Notes: a model not told the origin generated them from the letters alone. A DNA stretch of 64,000 nucleotides from Promethearchaeia archaeon (GCA_029856105.1 JAHQWH010000002.1:1-64000); one strand, 5' to 3'; positions 27,238-41,122 are shown, numbered from the stretch's first letter. Numbers and translations: made by a program.

Positions 27238-28368
27238 TTATTTATTTTCTTCTGTTTCGGTATCGCTTTCTTTATTGTAAGCTTCTAGCTTTTCCATAAC
27301 GGATTCTGCGGGTGATGCCGCAGGAATTGGTATTTTTTCGTAAATTTCAATAAATTTTACATCATTTATATCTTCGCTCATATGAGTCTGAAGGTCCATG
27401 GCAAACCCAAATTTAAAGTAAGTGAGATTTTGGAACAGAAACATTTTAGGAACTGTAATTTCTAGAGTCTTATCCTCCGCATGGTTTATGATAAATTCAG
27501 CAGCACTCTCTTTAGGAATCCCCTTTGTAATCATGAAATATTCAATTTTTTCGTTAAAATCTTCTATTTTATCGATAATCTCTAGGTTGTAGTCGATTGG
27601 TTGACCCGCTAAAGGATGGTTATAGTCGATAATGACTTTTCCTTGCATAATATTAGAAACTACGCCTCTTTGGCCTTTTTTATTGGTAAAATCTTGACCA
27701 AATTCGGGGTTCTTGCCTTCATTTAATTTTCTAAACTTAGCGATACCAATTCTTTCGATTTTTTGAGGGTCTCTTTTACCAAATGCTTTAGTTGGGGGTA
27801 TTCTTACAGATTTCTTTTCAAAGTAATTCATTTCTTTAATTGTTTCAGTTAATCCCTCGTTTAAGAATCCTGGCTTTCCAACAATAATGAATTCTGGAGT
27901 GTAATGACCTTGTTTAGCCTTTTCTTCATCGTAAATTCCCGATTTTCTTGCGTCCTCCTCGGTAGAAACTCTAAAAACTTTTCCTTTTTGGGTTCTTGCT
28001 GTCATTTTTAAGAGTACAAAATCACCCTCTTCAACTTTTTTTCCTTGTAATTTGTTTTTCTTTTCTTCTAATTTCTTAGCTTCTTCTTGAATTCTTTTTT
28101 CTTCCTTTGCATCTGTTTCCACTTCTGCGGATACTTTATCGTTTTCTACTGTACTACCCTCTGATGTAGCCTTATTTGAGCCACCTAACAAATCTTTTGC
28201 ATTGCTTACGAATTTTTCAGCAGTAGCCTTTCCAATACCTTTAAGTTGTGTTAACTCATCCACATTCGCATCTGCTAATTTCTCAACTGTGTCAATCCCA
28301 GCTTCTATTAGAACTTCTTGCTTTTTGCCAACACCTTTCACATCTTCTAAATTCATTCCTAAAACCAT
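27238..28368 (-). CDS. Long-type archaeal FKBP PPIase fused to an N-terminal helix-hairpin-helix domain
   Basis: LEDVKGVG...LKGIGKATAEK (HhH x2); IPPTKAFGKRD, IDYNHPLAG (SlyD/FKBP). Confidence 0.88.
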   Translation of the reverse strand: MVLGMNLEDVKGVGKKQEVLIEAGIDTVEKLADANVDELTQLKGIGKATAEKFVSNAKDLLGGSNKATSEGSTVENDKVSAEVETDAKEEKRIQEEAKKLEEKKNKLQGKKVEEGDFVLLKMTARTQKGKVFRVSTEEDARKSGIYDEEKAKQGHYTPEFIIVGKPGFLNEGLTETIKEMNYFEKKSVRIPPTKAFGKRDPQKIERIGIAKFRKLNEGKNPEFGQDFTNKKGQRGVVSNIMQGKVIIDYNHPLAGQPIDYNLEIIDKIEDFNEKIEYFMITKGIPKESAAEFIINHAEDKTLEITVPKMFLFQNLTYFKFGFAMDLQTHMSEDINDVKFIEIYEKIPIPAASPAESVMEKLEAYNKESDTETEENK

Positions 28369-28437
28369 TAAATAATGTTAGTTAAGTTATACCAGTTAGA
28401 TATTAAAATTTTTCATTACTTATTACTTTTTCCAAAC

Positions 28438-29550
28438 TTAAGATACTGGCTCATACAAAATTCCTAAGTCGTCAGCATAATTCTTAACAGCGTGCATTTC
28501 TTCTATTGAAGGTCTTCTGTTTATTTCTTTATATTTATGAGCCAAATATTCTGGGTGATATTGACCCATCAAATTTACAACACAATTCGGAATCTCTTTT
28601 GCCATATAATCTAATATTGGCTTAGAACAGCATTCCACATGATTAGGCATAACCAAATGTCGAATTATTATTTCCCCGCTTCCAAAATCGTGAATTCTTT
28701 TAAGATTACGAGTTATGACATCGTAATAACCTTTTATTCCGGAGTATTTTTCTCCACATTCGTTGTTGCCGTATTTAAAATCAGGTAACCAAAAATCTAT
28801 AAAATCTATAATGAGAGACAATGATTTGTTAGTAAGATAAAAGTTTGAATTCCAGAGTTGCGTAATGTTTGAAATTTGATGGTGAAAACTACCTACAATA
28901 GTATGAAGGTTCGGGATAGGATCACCTCCTACATAATTGATATTAATAGCACCTTTCCCAACTAATTTTTCTGCAAGAGCAGCTAATTGTAAAACATCAA
29001 CTTTTTGAGCTATGTCTTCAATATTTCTTCGACCTTTCCAAGCTTGAGAAATGTCGTAATTCTGACAAAAGACGCAACCAAAATTACAACCTTGGAAAAA
29101 GATAGTACCGCTTGGTATCAGCGGAGCTTCTTCGCCCATATGTAAAAAAGCAGAGGAAACAAACGAATCTTTCGATATCAGACAAAATCCTTTTTCACCA
29201 TCTATACGGTTAACCTTACATTGCCTTTCGCAAAAAATGCAGCTCTCAAGATATTTATTTGCTAATTCTTCAGCTAGAGTAATATAATTTTTTGAAGCTA
29301 TGCTACGATTTTTAAGATCTTCAGTTGGATTTTTCAACAACTCATTAAATTCTACAGATTTTTTCTTTAACAAATTCTCTAAATGTTCTATAGTATCTTT
29401 TGTATCGTATTCACATTTTATACTTTTTGCGATAATATACCTAGCAACGTCCTTATTGTCAATGATCCCTCGATACCTAGGAAATCTTTTGAGCAGTTCT
29501 TCGTTTTTCCACACCGAAATTGAGTCTGGTCGAAGAATTCTAAAAACCAT
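28438..29550 (-). CDS. pflX: Radical SAM protein, PflX family
   Basis: CIFCERQC, HMGEE..L.PSGTIFF.GCNFGCVFCQN, PDFKYGN, IIRHLVMP. Confidence 0.9.
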   Translation of the reverse strand: MVFRILRPDSISVWKNEELLKRFPRYRGIIDNKDVARYIIAKSIKCEYDTKDTIEHLENLLKKKSVEFNELLKNPTEDLKNRSIASKNYITLAEELANKYLESCIFCERQCKVNRIDGEKGFCLISKDSFVSSAFLHMGEEAPLIPSGTIFFQGCNFGCVFCQNYDISQAWKGRRNIEDIAQKVDVLQLAALAEKLVGKGAININYVGGDPIPNLHTIVGSFHHQISNITQLWNSNFYLTNKSLSLIIDFIDFWLPDFKYGNNECGEKYSGIKGYYDVITRNLKRIHDFGSGEIIIRHLVMPNHVECCSKPILDYMAKEIPNCVVNLMGQYHPEYLAHKYKEINRRPSIEEMHAVKNYADDLGILYEPVS

Positions 29551-29643
29551 AATTAATATATTAGAAACATTTTTTAATATGATTTTCGCTAAATTTATTT
29601 TTAAATGTAAGAATGAGAAATGGACGAGGATAGAGTTAAAGAA

Positions 29644-30372
29644 TTAGGTTTCAAATGCTAACCATTTGATGATGTTTGAAAGAAATTTAATATTATCACC
29701 AGCATCTAATCCAAAATCATCTTCAATAAGCCAATCTGATGAACCTATAGTTACACATCTCCCGCTAAAAAACTCAGATACACTACAAATAGGCACTATG
29801 CCAACTGCTTCTATGTCGTCGTCAACTGTATATTTAAATTCTGCTTTTTCGGAAGTAACGATTATGTCCTCAACATCCTCTTCCGTTAGTGTAAAAAAAG
29901 TACAGTTTGGTAGGACTACTTCAGTAATTCCTTCAGTTATCGGATGGTTAAATAAGAGGTTTATTAGTACGTTTTGTTTGTTGACTAAAAAATGTGAATG
30001 TGATTCTTGAATTACGCCGTTCCAAAATCGTCGTACTCCCGTCATTTTATACAACACCCGAATAGAACCTTGCTTCATAGGAATGTCTTTATCGCCCCCG
30101 CTTCCGCTAGTTAAGAAAAGGCCTCCTCCATCCCCAACATAACGCTTAATTGCTAATAGTTCGTCCTTAGTAAATTTATCTGCCTTTCCGTCTTTAGTAT
30201 GCTGAATATTTCCCATAAATAGAATATCATAATCTTCAAGTGTATCAAAATCTATAGGTCCTTCATTTTTGTCAATATAATCCACTTCTAATTCGTCTTC
30301 GCTCAATGAAAAATCGGGAAATTCCTCTATCTTTTCTTTGTGAGATAAATCAACTATTATACTAAATGGCAT
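29644..30372 (-). CDS. GATase-like/GIFT-domain protein (DUF4350/IFT52-N-like)
   Basis: IIVDLSHKE, KFTKDELLAIKRYVGDGGGLFL, HPITEGI, GRCVTIGS, DNIKFLSNIIKWL. Confidence 0.65.
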   Translation of the reverse strand: MPFSIIVDLSHKEKIEEFPDFSLSEDELEVDYIDKNEGPIDFDTLEDYDILFMGNIQHTKDGKADKFTKDELLAIKRYVGDGGGLFLTSGSGGDKDIPMKQGSIRVLYKMTGVRRFWNGVIQESHSHFLVNKQNVLINLLFNHPITEGITEVVLPNCTFFTLTEEDVEDIIVTSEKAEFKYTVDDDIEAVGIVPICSVSEFFSGRCVTIGSSDWLIEDDFGLDAGDNIKFLSNIIKWLAFET

Positions 30373-30583
30373 CTTAATGCTACTCCACGATCTAATTTGC
30401 GTTAATTTTTGATAAAGTGTATTTGTTTATCCTTGTTTATCCTAAGTTGTTAAAAGTGTTAATTCTTCTAACTAAAATAATATAATTTTTATTTTTAAAG
30501 ATATGGTATTATTATTAAAGGTTTCTAAAAAAAAGGGGCTATTTAAACTTTATCCTTGTGTAATGTTTAAATATCTAAAGGCG

Positions 30584-30613
30584 AAAAGATAAAAGATAAA
30601 AGATAGAAAAGAT
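30584..30613. repeat. Short tandem repeat (AAAAGAT) x4, one 2-nt interruption
   Basis: Copies at 30584, 30591, 30598, 30607; reads as repeated U4 tracts on the minus strand downstream of psmB. Confidence 0.7.
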
Positions 30614-30630
30614 AAAAATAGGCTTATTGC

Positions 30631-31326
30631 TTATCCCTTTATGGAAATGAAGTCTCTTTTTGCTTCTCCTTCTTTTTTGATGATGGCAATATCAATCCCA
30701 TTTCCGGATGCCATATCTCTTATGATACTAGAGGAGATTGCTTTAATTAAAATTTGCTTTCCTTCTTTAATTGTTAAATCGTCTTTATATTTAGCCTCGA
30801 GAACGCCGTACGAAAAATTTTGACCGCTCCCCACTGCGCAAAACTTCTCGGGCAAAATTGACCCATACGCACCAATATCCAAAAGAGTAGGACCTTCTTC
30901 TTCGGTTACTCCCCCAAGTATGAGTCCAACTTGAAAAGGATACATTTTATTCTGGTACAAAATGTTGGCCAACAATTTCCCAGCGCTTTTAACTTTAATT
31001 GATTTTTCTCTTTTTAATTGATATAACGAAGTTTCAGCCCGCATAACATCTATGAGATATTGTGCGTCTGCTACGCCTCCAGCAATAGTCATATACAAGT
31101 GGTCTTGAATCATATGCAATTTCTCAGCAGTTTTACTAGCAACAAAATAACCCATTGACGCTCTTTTATCTGTTCCTAAGATAACTGCGTCTTTAACAAC
31201 TAAACCGACTGTAGTAGTCCCAGTTTTGAAGGTTTGGGTTTTAAAATTTTGAGAATTACTAGCAATAATATCAGAATCTCTTGAAAAAACCGACTTAGAT
31301 GGAATAATTAAATCTTCTTTTCTCAT
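30631..31326 (-). CDS. psmB: 20S proteasome beta subunit
   Basis: Propeptide ending KTG|TTTVG, DKRAS, AGGVADAQ, GSG, RDMASG. Confidence 0.96.
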   Translation of the reverse strand: MRKEDLIIPSKSVFSRDSDIIASNSQNFKTQTFKTGTTTVGLVVKDAVILGTDKRASMGYFVASKTAEKLHMIQDHLYMTIAGGVADAQYLIDVMRAETSLYQLKREKSIKVKSAGKLLANILYQNKMYPFQVGLILGGVTEEEGPTLLDIGAYGSILPEKFCAVGSGQNFSYGVLEAKYKDDLTIKEGKQILIKAISSSIIRDMASGNGIDIAIIKKEGEAKRDFISIKG

Positions 31327-31431
31327 AATTTCTTTAAAGGTCTCTTGTTTTAATAATTTTTTTTAATTTTTTATAAATCGCTGTACCCTAAAACTGATTA
31401 TAAATAAGATCGGTTAAAATTTAGATCTCTT

Positions 31432-31854
31432 TTATTCAATTTTTCTTGAAATTCTTGAGAGGGGGTGCCCTTTTGCCTTGAGTTCAAGCTCACTGAACCA
31501 CCCAAAAGGAGGCCTAAGCACATTGAATCCATTCTCAACTAGTTTTCTCTCAAGATTCTTTAACGCTTTCAGGCCAAATTCAGGATTACTTAATTCGCCA
31601 AACAGATGGGCGAAGGAAAGTAGAATTATGTTCGACACTTTGAGTTGAGTGGCAATTTTTTCGATTTCTTTTATAGCGTTAGGAATGAATTCTGTACTAC
31701 CCTCATCTCGCTTTTCTACGCTTATGTATAATGCAATTACATTTTCAAATCCATTTTCTCTATTTTCTTCTGTCAATTCTTCAAATATTTTTGAACGGCT
31801 TCTTTTTGTCGCCTTATATCTAAAGTAATCGCAATGAAAAGAAAGAAATCTCAT
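31432..31854 (-). CDS. Free-standing archaeal threonyl-tRNA synthetase editing domain
   Basis: MRFLSFHCDY, FAHL, RPPFGWF, KGHPLSR.SR. Confidence 0.9.
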   Translation of the reverse strand: MRFLSFHCDYFRYKATKRSRSKIFEELTEENRENGFENVIALYISVEKRDEGSTEFIPNAIKEIEKIATQLKVSNIILLSFAHLFGELSNPEFGLKALKNLERKLVENGFNVLRPPFGWFSELELKAKGHPLSRISRKIE

Positions 31855-31928
31855 AATTTTAATAATATTTTAATATTTTAATGTCTATTTTTTTTTTAAG
31901 TCAGAAATTAACATTCTTAACTAGGAAC

Positions 31929-32264
31929 TCATAAATGCTCAATAGAATCAATTTCCCAGAGAAATTTTTTAAGATCAATCTTGTAGCTATCTCTAAACAC
32001 AACACCTTCTTTTTCTAACAAATGTTTTTGATAATTTCGATCATCAAAAGATTTCATGGATATTTTTCCTTGTGAATTTATAACTCGATGCCAAGGTAGT
32101 TTGTATTTCTTTGTTGAGGAATGTAATAGCCACGAAACTTGTCTTGCAGCTTGCGGGTTACCAGCTAATTTTGCGATTCTTCCATAAGTTAGGACCTTCC
32201 CGCTAGGTATATTCTTAATTATTTTGATAACATCTTGAGTGAAATCACTTGTAATACAAATCAC
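31929..32264 (-). CDS. Alkyltransferase-like protein (ATL, MGMT family with Trp at the Cys site)
   Basis: IPSGKVLTYGRIA...ARQV, PWHRV. Confidence 0.9.
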   Translation of the reverse strand: MICITSDFTQDVIKIIKNIPSGKVLTYGRIAKLAGNPQAARQVSWLLHSSTKKYKLPWHRVINSQGKISMKSFDDRNYQKHLLEKEGVVFRDSYKIDLKKFLWEIDSIEHL

Positions 32265-32441
32265 CTTTATTTATTTAGAATAAACTTTTAACAACCTTAG
32301 CCATTTTTCTCAAACTTAGACATGTTACAAAATTAATTAATTTAAGAATAATTATTAATTCTTGATTAAATATCGTTCTATAAATTAGATTTACATCATA
32401 AACAATAATTTATAACTAAAAAACATTCATAGTGACTCTGA

Positions 32442-35579
<3,138 letters not shown>

Positions 35580-35598
35580 AAAGAGTAGTAATTTAATT

Positions 35599-36735
35599 TT
35601 ACTCTGAAAATTTTTTAATTTTTATAGGTTTTCCTCCAGAACGAGCCGACTTAGACGCAGCAATTCCCGATAAACAGAAATTAGCAGCTGTTTTTGCGTG
35701 GATGATCGGTTTTACTTTATTATTGATGGCTTGTAACCAATCCTCCATAATACGAACTGAAGAACCGTAATGTAAACCTTCAACTGGAGGTATTACTGTT
35801 GATAACTCGTTATTATCAATAATTTTTGATTTTCCTTTTCGATGACGACTCTTACTAATTCTATGTCCATCAGTTAGAAATAAACGCCCTGGTTTCCCTA
35901 TTTGATAACATTCATATGTCCCTAAACGCCCCGTAACTTGAATAATAAGGCGGGAAGGTTCTCTGGCAAAAATATAGGCGTTAGCGCATTTTGCAATTGC
36001 TCCAGTTTCTGTTTTAAATAAACCTACTTGAAACGCTTTAGCGGGATGGCAGATTGGATTTGCTTGGTAACCTCCAATATCATTTGCGTAGCTTACAACT
36101 TCAACGAATGGCACAGGTTTTTTAATTCCACCTAACGCAACTTGAGTAGAACCAATCGTGTGGGCATACATTAAAGGATCAAATAACTGGTACCAAGAAT
36201 CTATGCGGGGCGTGTCAACATCGCCAAAATTCCCTTCTCTCCACCTATATGTTACATCGTGCAAATATTCAGATTCCGAATAAACGATTGGACCAATCTT
36301 GCCAGAAGATGCAAGGTGTCCCGCAAATAAAACTTCTGAGTAAAAACAGTAATTTTCTCCAAGTTGATAAACTTTTCCTGAATTCTCTTCAGCATTTATA
36401 ATTTTTTTAATATCTTTTTCATTAATTGCCATAGGTACTTCAGAAAATACATGTAACCCCGCTTCTAGTGCCGCAACAGCTTGGTCTGCGTGATATTGAG
36501 GGGGACTACTAATTATAATGGCATCAAGTTCACCTGTATCTAAAAGATCTTCAAAAGATTTAGCTACTTTTATATCTTTAATTTTATTAAGCATCTGATT
36601 CGCATTAGGATCTGGATCGAACCCAACTATCCATCTTGTACGCCCTATTAACCTTGGATGATTTTTTAGCTCTGATATGTGACCTAATGCATTGAGACCA
36701 TAACCTACTAAGCCATACCGTAATGCTTCTACCAT
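35599..36735 (-). CDS. Gfo/Idh/MocA family oxidoreductase
   Basis: GLVGYG, SSPPQYHADQAVAALEAGLHVFSEVP. Confidence 0.88.
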   Translation of the reverse strand: MVEALRYGLVGYGLNALGHISELKNHPRLIGRTRWIVGFDPDPNANQMLNKIKDIKVAKSFEDLLDTGELDAIIISSPPQYHADQAVAALEAGLHVFSEVPMAINEKDIKKIINAEENSGKVYQLGENYCFYSEVLFAGHLASSGKIGPIVYSESEYLHDVTYRWREGNFGDVDTPRIDSWYQLFDPLMYAHTIGSTQVALGGIKKPVPFVEVVSYANDIGGYQANPICHPAKAFQVGLFKTETGAIAKCANAYIFAREPSRLIIQVTGRLGTYECYQIGKPGRLFLTDGHRISKSRHRKGKSKIIDNNELSTVIPPVEGLHYGSSVRIMEDWLQAINNKVKPIIHAKTAANFCLSGIAASKSARSGGKPIKIKKFSE

Positions 36736-36812
36736 ATTCTATTATATTATAAGGTAAGTGACATTTATCTAATTTGCGATATTTTCCTATCAAAATTAAT
36801 GTTGGTTGAATC

Positions 36813-37202
36813 ATGGAAAAAAGAATAGTATTAATTGGAGCCGGGATCGCTTCATTTGGCCCTGCTACATTGATGGATCTTAATCTTAGTTCAGTTTTAT
36901 CTGGATCAACTGTTGTTCTTCATGATATTGACGAAGAAAAGCTATAAATGGTTTATCAAATTGTTGTAAAAGACAATAAAAAGCTTGGTAATAAGTTCAA
37001 TATCGAGCAAACAACAATTAGATCGAAGGCATTAAAAGATGCGGATTTTGTTATTTCTTCCATTGAAAAAGGAGATCGGTTCGAATTGCGTTGGCAAGAC
37101 AATACAATACCAAGAAAACATGGTTCTACGGAAAGGATGGCTGAGAATGGAGGTCCTGGTGGGTTTTTTCATAGCGTACGACAATTTTTTTTAAAAAATT
37201 AG
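36813..37202 (+). pseudogene. GH4 (alpha-galactosidase/MelA-like) pseudogene
   Basis: ATG 36813 MEKRIVLIGAG...VLHDIDEEKL, then in-frame TAA (36945-36947); it continues ALKDADFVISSI...ENGGPGGFF and truncates after ~130 codons. Confidence 0.85.
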
Positions 37203-37259
37203 GTAAAAATAATCTTCTATAAACATTAGAACTTAATCAATAGGATTTGAAAATTAAAC

Positions 37260-38152
37260 ATGAAAAATCTTACACTTGTTGAAAATCTTGGGTTTGAAGC
37301 TTTAGATAAAGTTGTTATTTCCATATTGACGATATAGGTTTCTCTCATGCCTCAAATTTAGCTTCATTTAAATGTTTAGACTTAGGAGTAGCGAGCTGTG
37401 GCTCTATTATTACTCCTGCACCTTGGTTTTTAGAAGCCGCATCTATTTGTAAAAATAATCCGAAATATGATGTTGGTGTGCATTTAACTCTTACATGTGA
37501 ATACGAATTATATCGTTGGCGGGCATTGAGTAGCGTTGATCCTAAAACTGGCTTATTGGATTCAGAAAGATCGCTCTGGTGTACATCGGAGGACGCAATT
37601 GCAAATGTATCTGTTACAGCAGCAGAAATTGAAATGCGTTCACAAATTCAAATGGCTCTAGATAATGGTATTGATGTTACCCACATAGATTCGCATATGG
37701 GCACTGTTTTGAATCCCAAATTCCTTACATCTTATTTAGAGCTAGCTCAAGAATTCAATATTGTTGCTTTTTTACCAAAATTAAATAGAGAAGAATTAAC
37801 CGCCTTGGGATTAGGAGAGCATGCCGATGTTTACCTAAAAATGTTTGCAAATTTAGAAGAAAAAGGCACTCCTCTTATAAACCATGTTATTCTTGACACA
37901 ATGGGGGCGCATCCTAACAAACTAGAATATTATTGCAATAGGTTTGCAGAAATTAAACCCGGTCTAACGCATTTCTTATTTCACCCCGCTAAAGTGAGCC
38001 CTGAATTGAAAGCTATAACCCCGGATTCAGCAAGTTGGCGAGATTTAGATTTTGGAGCATTCACTAATCCGCACATTAAAGAGTGTGTTGAGAAGTACGA
38101 TTTAAAAATAATTGGATATAAAGAAATTCGTGATTATATTAGAAATCAATAA
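37260..38152 (+). pseudogene. YdjC/ChbG-family carbohydrate deacetylase, frameshifted near 37320
   Basis: ATG 37260 MKNLTLVENLGF...KVVI. A one-base shift gives HIDDIGFSHASN...DVGVHLTL, continuous with the 37478 ORF (THIDSHMG, FLFHP). Could be a sequencing error. Confidence 0.8.
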
Positions 38153-38156
38153 TTAT

Positions 38157-39785
38157 TCAATTCTTATATAAAGATCTTCTTTTTGGTTCTTTTAGTATGC
38201 TAAAAAATCCAAATATCTTTTTGAATAAGTGGGGTTCGTATTCGTCTTTCTGGGCATAGCAAACTCCGAACATATCTAACCGTTTAAGAATAATTTCAAG
38301 GCATTTTTTAAAATTTTCGAAGTTTTTTTGTTCTCTCAATGTCCAACCGGTTTCCGCTAATGCTATTAGGCGAGGAAAGGTTTGCCAATCTAACTCATTT
38401 ACATTTCTAACCCATTCTGTCCACATAGGGGCTTCTATTCCTAAGATATTGCAATAGTATTCCTTTATTAATTTTTTAGGAATAGGTTCGTATCGATAGG
38501 CTTTTCTTAGAGAAGTAAAAGAATAGGAATAATCAAGGTAAGTGTAGCCAAATTTCGACATTACAATATTTCCCCCTCTTTTTAGGTGTTTCATAACTTT
38601 TTTTTTACCAAAAATCCAATATTGTCCAATAACATCTTCAGTTAACTTATCGCTTAGAATTTGATTCCATCCCATTACCCTACAATCGCGAGAGGTTAGA
38701 AATGTTATTATCCTATTTGTAAAATAAATTTGGAGCTCCTTTTCATCATTAAGGCCCTCTGATTTTATTCTCTTTTGACATTCAAGACATTCTTTCCATC
38801 TTTTTTTAAGGACTTCATCGCCTCCAATATGAATAATATATGAGGGAAATAATTGAATTATCTCATCTAACACATTTTGTATAAATTCAAATACTACATC
38901 TTTACCAATACAAAAAACATCCTTTTTAATTCCAAATTTAATTGGTACTTCAAATGGGCCTCCAGTGCAACTTAATTCAGGATAAGCTGCTAATACCGCT
39001 TTCAAATGACCAGGCATATCTATCTCTGGAATTATTTTAATAAAAAGTTTATCTGCATAAGCAACTATCTCTTGTACATCTTTTTGGGTGTAAAATCCTT
39101 CGTGAGGGGTGTTATCTGTTTTTCTACTTATAAAACCTCCAATTTGGGTTTCCTTCCTTTTTGAGCCAATTTCTATTAGGAGGGGATAATTCTTAATTTC
39201 AATTCTCCAACCTTGATCATCTGTAAGATGCCAATGAAAAACATTCATCTTAAAGAATGCCATCATATCTAGGATGCGTTTAACAACTTCTTTACCAAGG
39301 AAATGTCTACTTTCGTCAAGCATGTATCCTCGCCAAGAGAATCGAGGGTAATCTTTAATTACTACAGAAGGAACAGACCATTCAATATGACTCTTATTAG
39401 TAATGCTTTCTATTTCAACTGGAAGTAATTGACGAAGAGTTTGAATACCATAAAAAACACCAGCAGGACTGGGAGCAGATATTATGATGCGTTCTTGATT
39501 GATGTCGAGAAAATACCCTTCTTCACCCAAATTATTAAATTCTTTATCGATTTTTAAAACGATTGTATTATATTTATTTATTTCAGATTTAGAATTCACT
39601 ATTAACAAATCAAAACCGGTCGCTGGTTTTAATAAACGCTTAAAAAATTTAGCAACTTCAATTAATTTCGGATCGGATTCTATAATAGTTTTGTTTGTTA
39701 TAATGAACTTTCCTTTTCCTAGAACCATACTTACAGGTTTAGGTATGATACAAATTTTATTTCTTAACATTAATTCTTTTTCCAT
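38157..39785 (-). CDS. Beta-N-acetylhexosaminidase, GH20
   Basis: DYPRFSWRGYMLDESRHF, HWHLTDDQGWR, PEIDMPGH, HIGGDE, WTE. Confidence 0.95.
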   Translation of the reverse strand: MEKELMLRNKICIIPKPVSMVLGKGKFIITNKTIIESDPKLIEVAKFFKRLLKPATGFDLLIVNSKSEINKYNTIVLKIDKEFNNLGEEGYFLDINQERIIISAPSPAGVFYGIQTLRQLLPVEIESITNKSHIEWSVPSVVIKDYPRFSWRGYMLDESRHFLGKEVVKRILDMMAFFKMNVFHWHLTDDQGWRIEIKNYPLLIEIGSKRKETQIGGFISRKTDNTPHEGFYTQKDVQEIVAYADKLFIKIIPEIDMPGHLKAVLAAYPELSCTGGPFEVPIKFGIKKDVFCIGKDVVFEFIQNVLDEIIQLFPSYIIHIGGDEVLKKRWKECLECQKRIKSEGLNDEKELQIYFTNRIITFLTSRDCRVMGWNQILSDKLTEDVIGQYWIFGKKKVMKHLKRGGNIVMSKFGYTYLDYSYSFTSLRKAYRYEPIPKKLIKEYYCNILGIEAPMWTEWVRNVNELDWQTFPRLIALAETGWTLREQKNFENFKKCLEIILKRLDMFGVCYAQKDEYEPHLFKKIFGFFSILKEPKRRSLYKN

Positions 39786-40003
39786 GGATATTAATTAGGT
39801 AAAACTGCTATTAAATGTTAAATAAAGTTTAAATTTTAATAAGAGTTATTCATTTTAATATAAATCTAAAGAGATCACTTTAATTGAGATTTGCGAATTA
39901 CAAATCAGTTAAAAAACATTAAGTGCCAGATCTAAAAATAACCCCTATGCTGAATCTTATCTCACTTCTTTAAGAATTAGATTAAATTGGAAGTTTATCA
40001 TTA

Positions 40004-41122
40004 ATGATAACTGAAAAAGAATTAAATCCTTACGATAAAATCTTGAATAACATGCGAGAGTACCCAAACGATATACCCCTAGTCGATGGGGAGATTTCAG
40101 AGGCTTTTAGAGAGTTTATTAAATTATTGTTCACTCCAAACGAAGCTGAAGTAGCTCAATATTTAACAAATAAACCACAATCGCTTAATAGAATTGCAAG
40201 GAAAATAGGTAAAACTAAGGAAGAAACCAAGAGAATTTTAGAAGACATGACTGAAAACGGCATAATTCAAGATATTGGTGGCTTTTCTTATTTCTTAGCG
40301 ATGGCACATCTTTTGAACATGGGCTTTAAAAACTCACAAACCTTTAAAAGACTTGGAAAAAAAGGTGCGGAACTATATCAACAGTTTTTTATTAAGGAGA
40401 AGTTTTATAAACGGTACGAGTCTTCTGATGAGGGGACTCCCTTAACAAGGATAGTTCCCATAAATACAGCAATAGATCATAAATCAGCAATTTCAAATGC
40501 TGAAGAAATACACGGAATAATAGATACGTGCATCGGACCAATAGTAATTACTGATTGTCCATGCCGTAATAGAACAGAAACTCTAGGAATAAGAGAATGT
40601 AAAGATAAATTTCCAATTTCAGAATCTTGTTTTCAGGTGGGTTTGTTTGGTCAATATTTCTTGCGAAGAGGGGAAGGAAGAGAATTATCTCGTGGAGAAG
40701 CGCATGAACTAATAAATAAACTAGCAAAAAAAGGATTAGTATTTACAGTTGCTAATTCTAAGAGTCCAGTTCATCAAGTAATTTGTAGTTGTTGTGCATG
40801 TTGTTGTGCCATGTTAAGAGGATTAACGCGTTTCGAGGATAAAAATGAAAATTGTGTAGCAAAATCAAATTATGTATCTAAAGTTAACTTTGATTTATGT
40901 GAAGGATGTGCACTGTGTGCAGAAAGATGTCCATTTAAAGCGATTAAAATCACCGATGAAAAAGCTATTGTTGATCCTAAAAAATGTTATGGTTGCGGAA
41001 TTTGTGCGGTAACTTGCCCTGTAGAAGCAATCAAACTTAATCGAATAGAACAATCTTACATTTACTCTGATACTGCCAAATTATTTGAAAAAATCTATCA
41101 AGAGAATCGAAGAAAAGAATAA
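40004..41122 (+). CDS. 4Fe-4S dicluster protein, paralog of 1886-3004
   Basis: CPCR, ICSCCACCC, CEGCALCAERCP, CYGCGICAVTCP. Confidence 0.8.
   Translation: MITEKELNPYDKILNNMREYPNDIPLVDGEISEAFREFIKLLFTPNEAEVAQYLTNKPQSLNRIARKIGKTKEETKRILEDMTENGIIQDIGGFSYFLAMAHLLNMGFKNSQTFKRLGKKGAELYQQFFIKEKFYKRYESSDEGTPLTRIVPINTAIDHKSAISNAEEIHGIIDTCIGPIVITDCPCRNRTETLGIRECKDKFPISESCFQVGLFGQYFLRRGEGRELSRGEAHELINKLAKKGLVFTVANSKSPVHQVICSCCACCCAMLRGLTRFEDKNENCVAKSNYVSKVNFDLCEGCALCAERCPFKAIKITDEKAIVDPKKCYGCGICAVTCPVEAIKLNRIEQSYIYSDTAKLFEKIYQENRRKE

Noticed and set aside
30584-30613. AAAAGAT repeats as a CRISPR array or iteron
   Set aside because: 7-bp unit, no spacers, no cas or rep genes; better explained as a U-tract terminator region of psmB
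36945-36947. Stop-codon readthrough (Sec/Pyl) in the GH4 gene
   Set aside because: The codon is TAA and the gene is also truncated downstream, so it is a pseudogene
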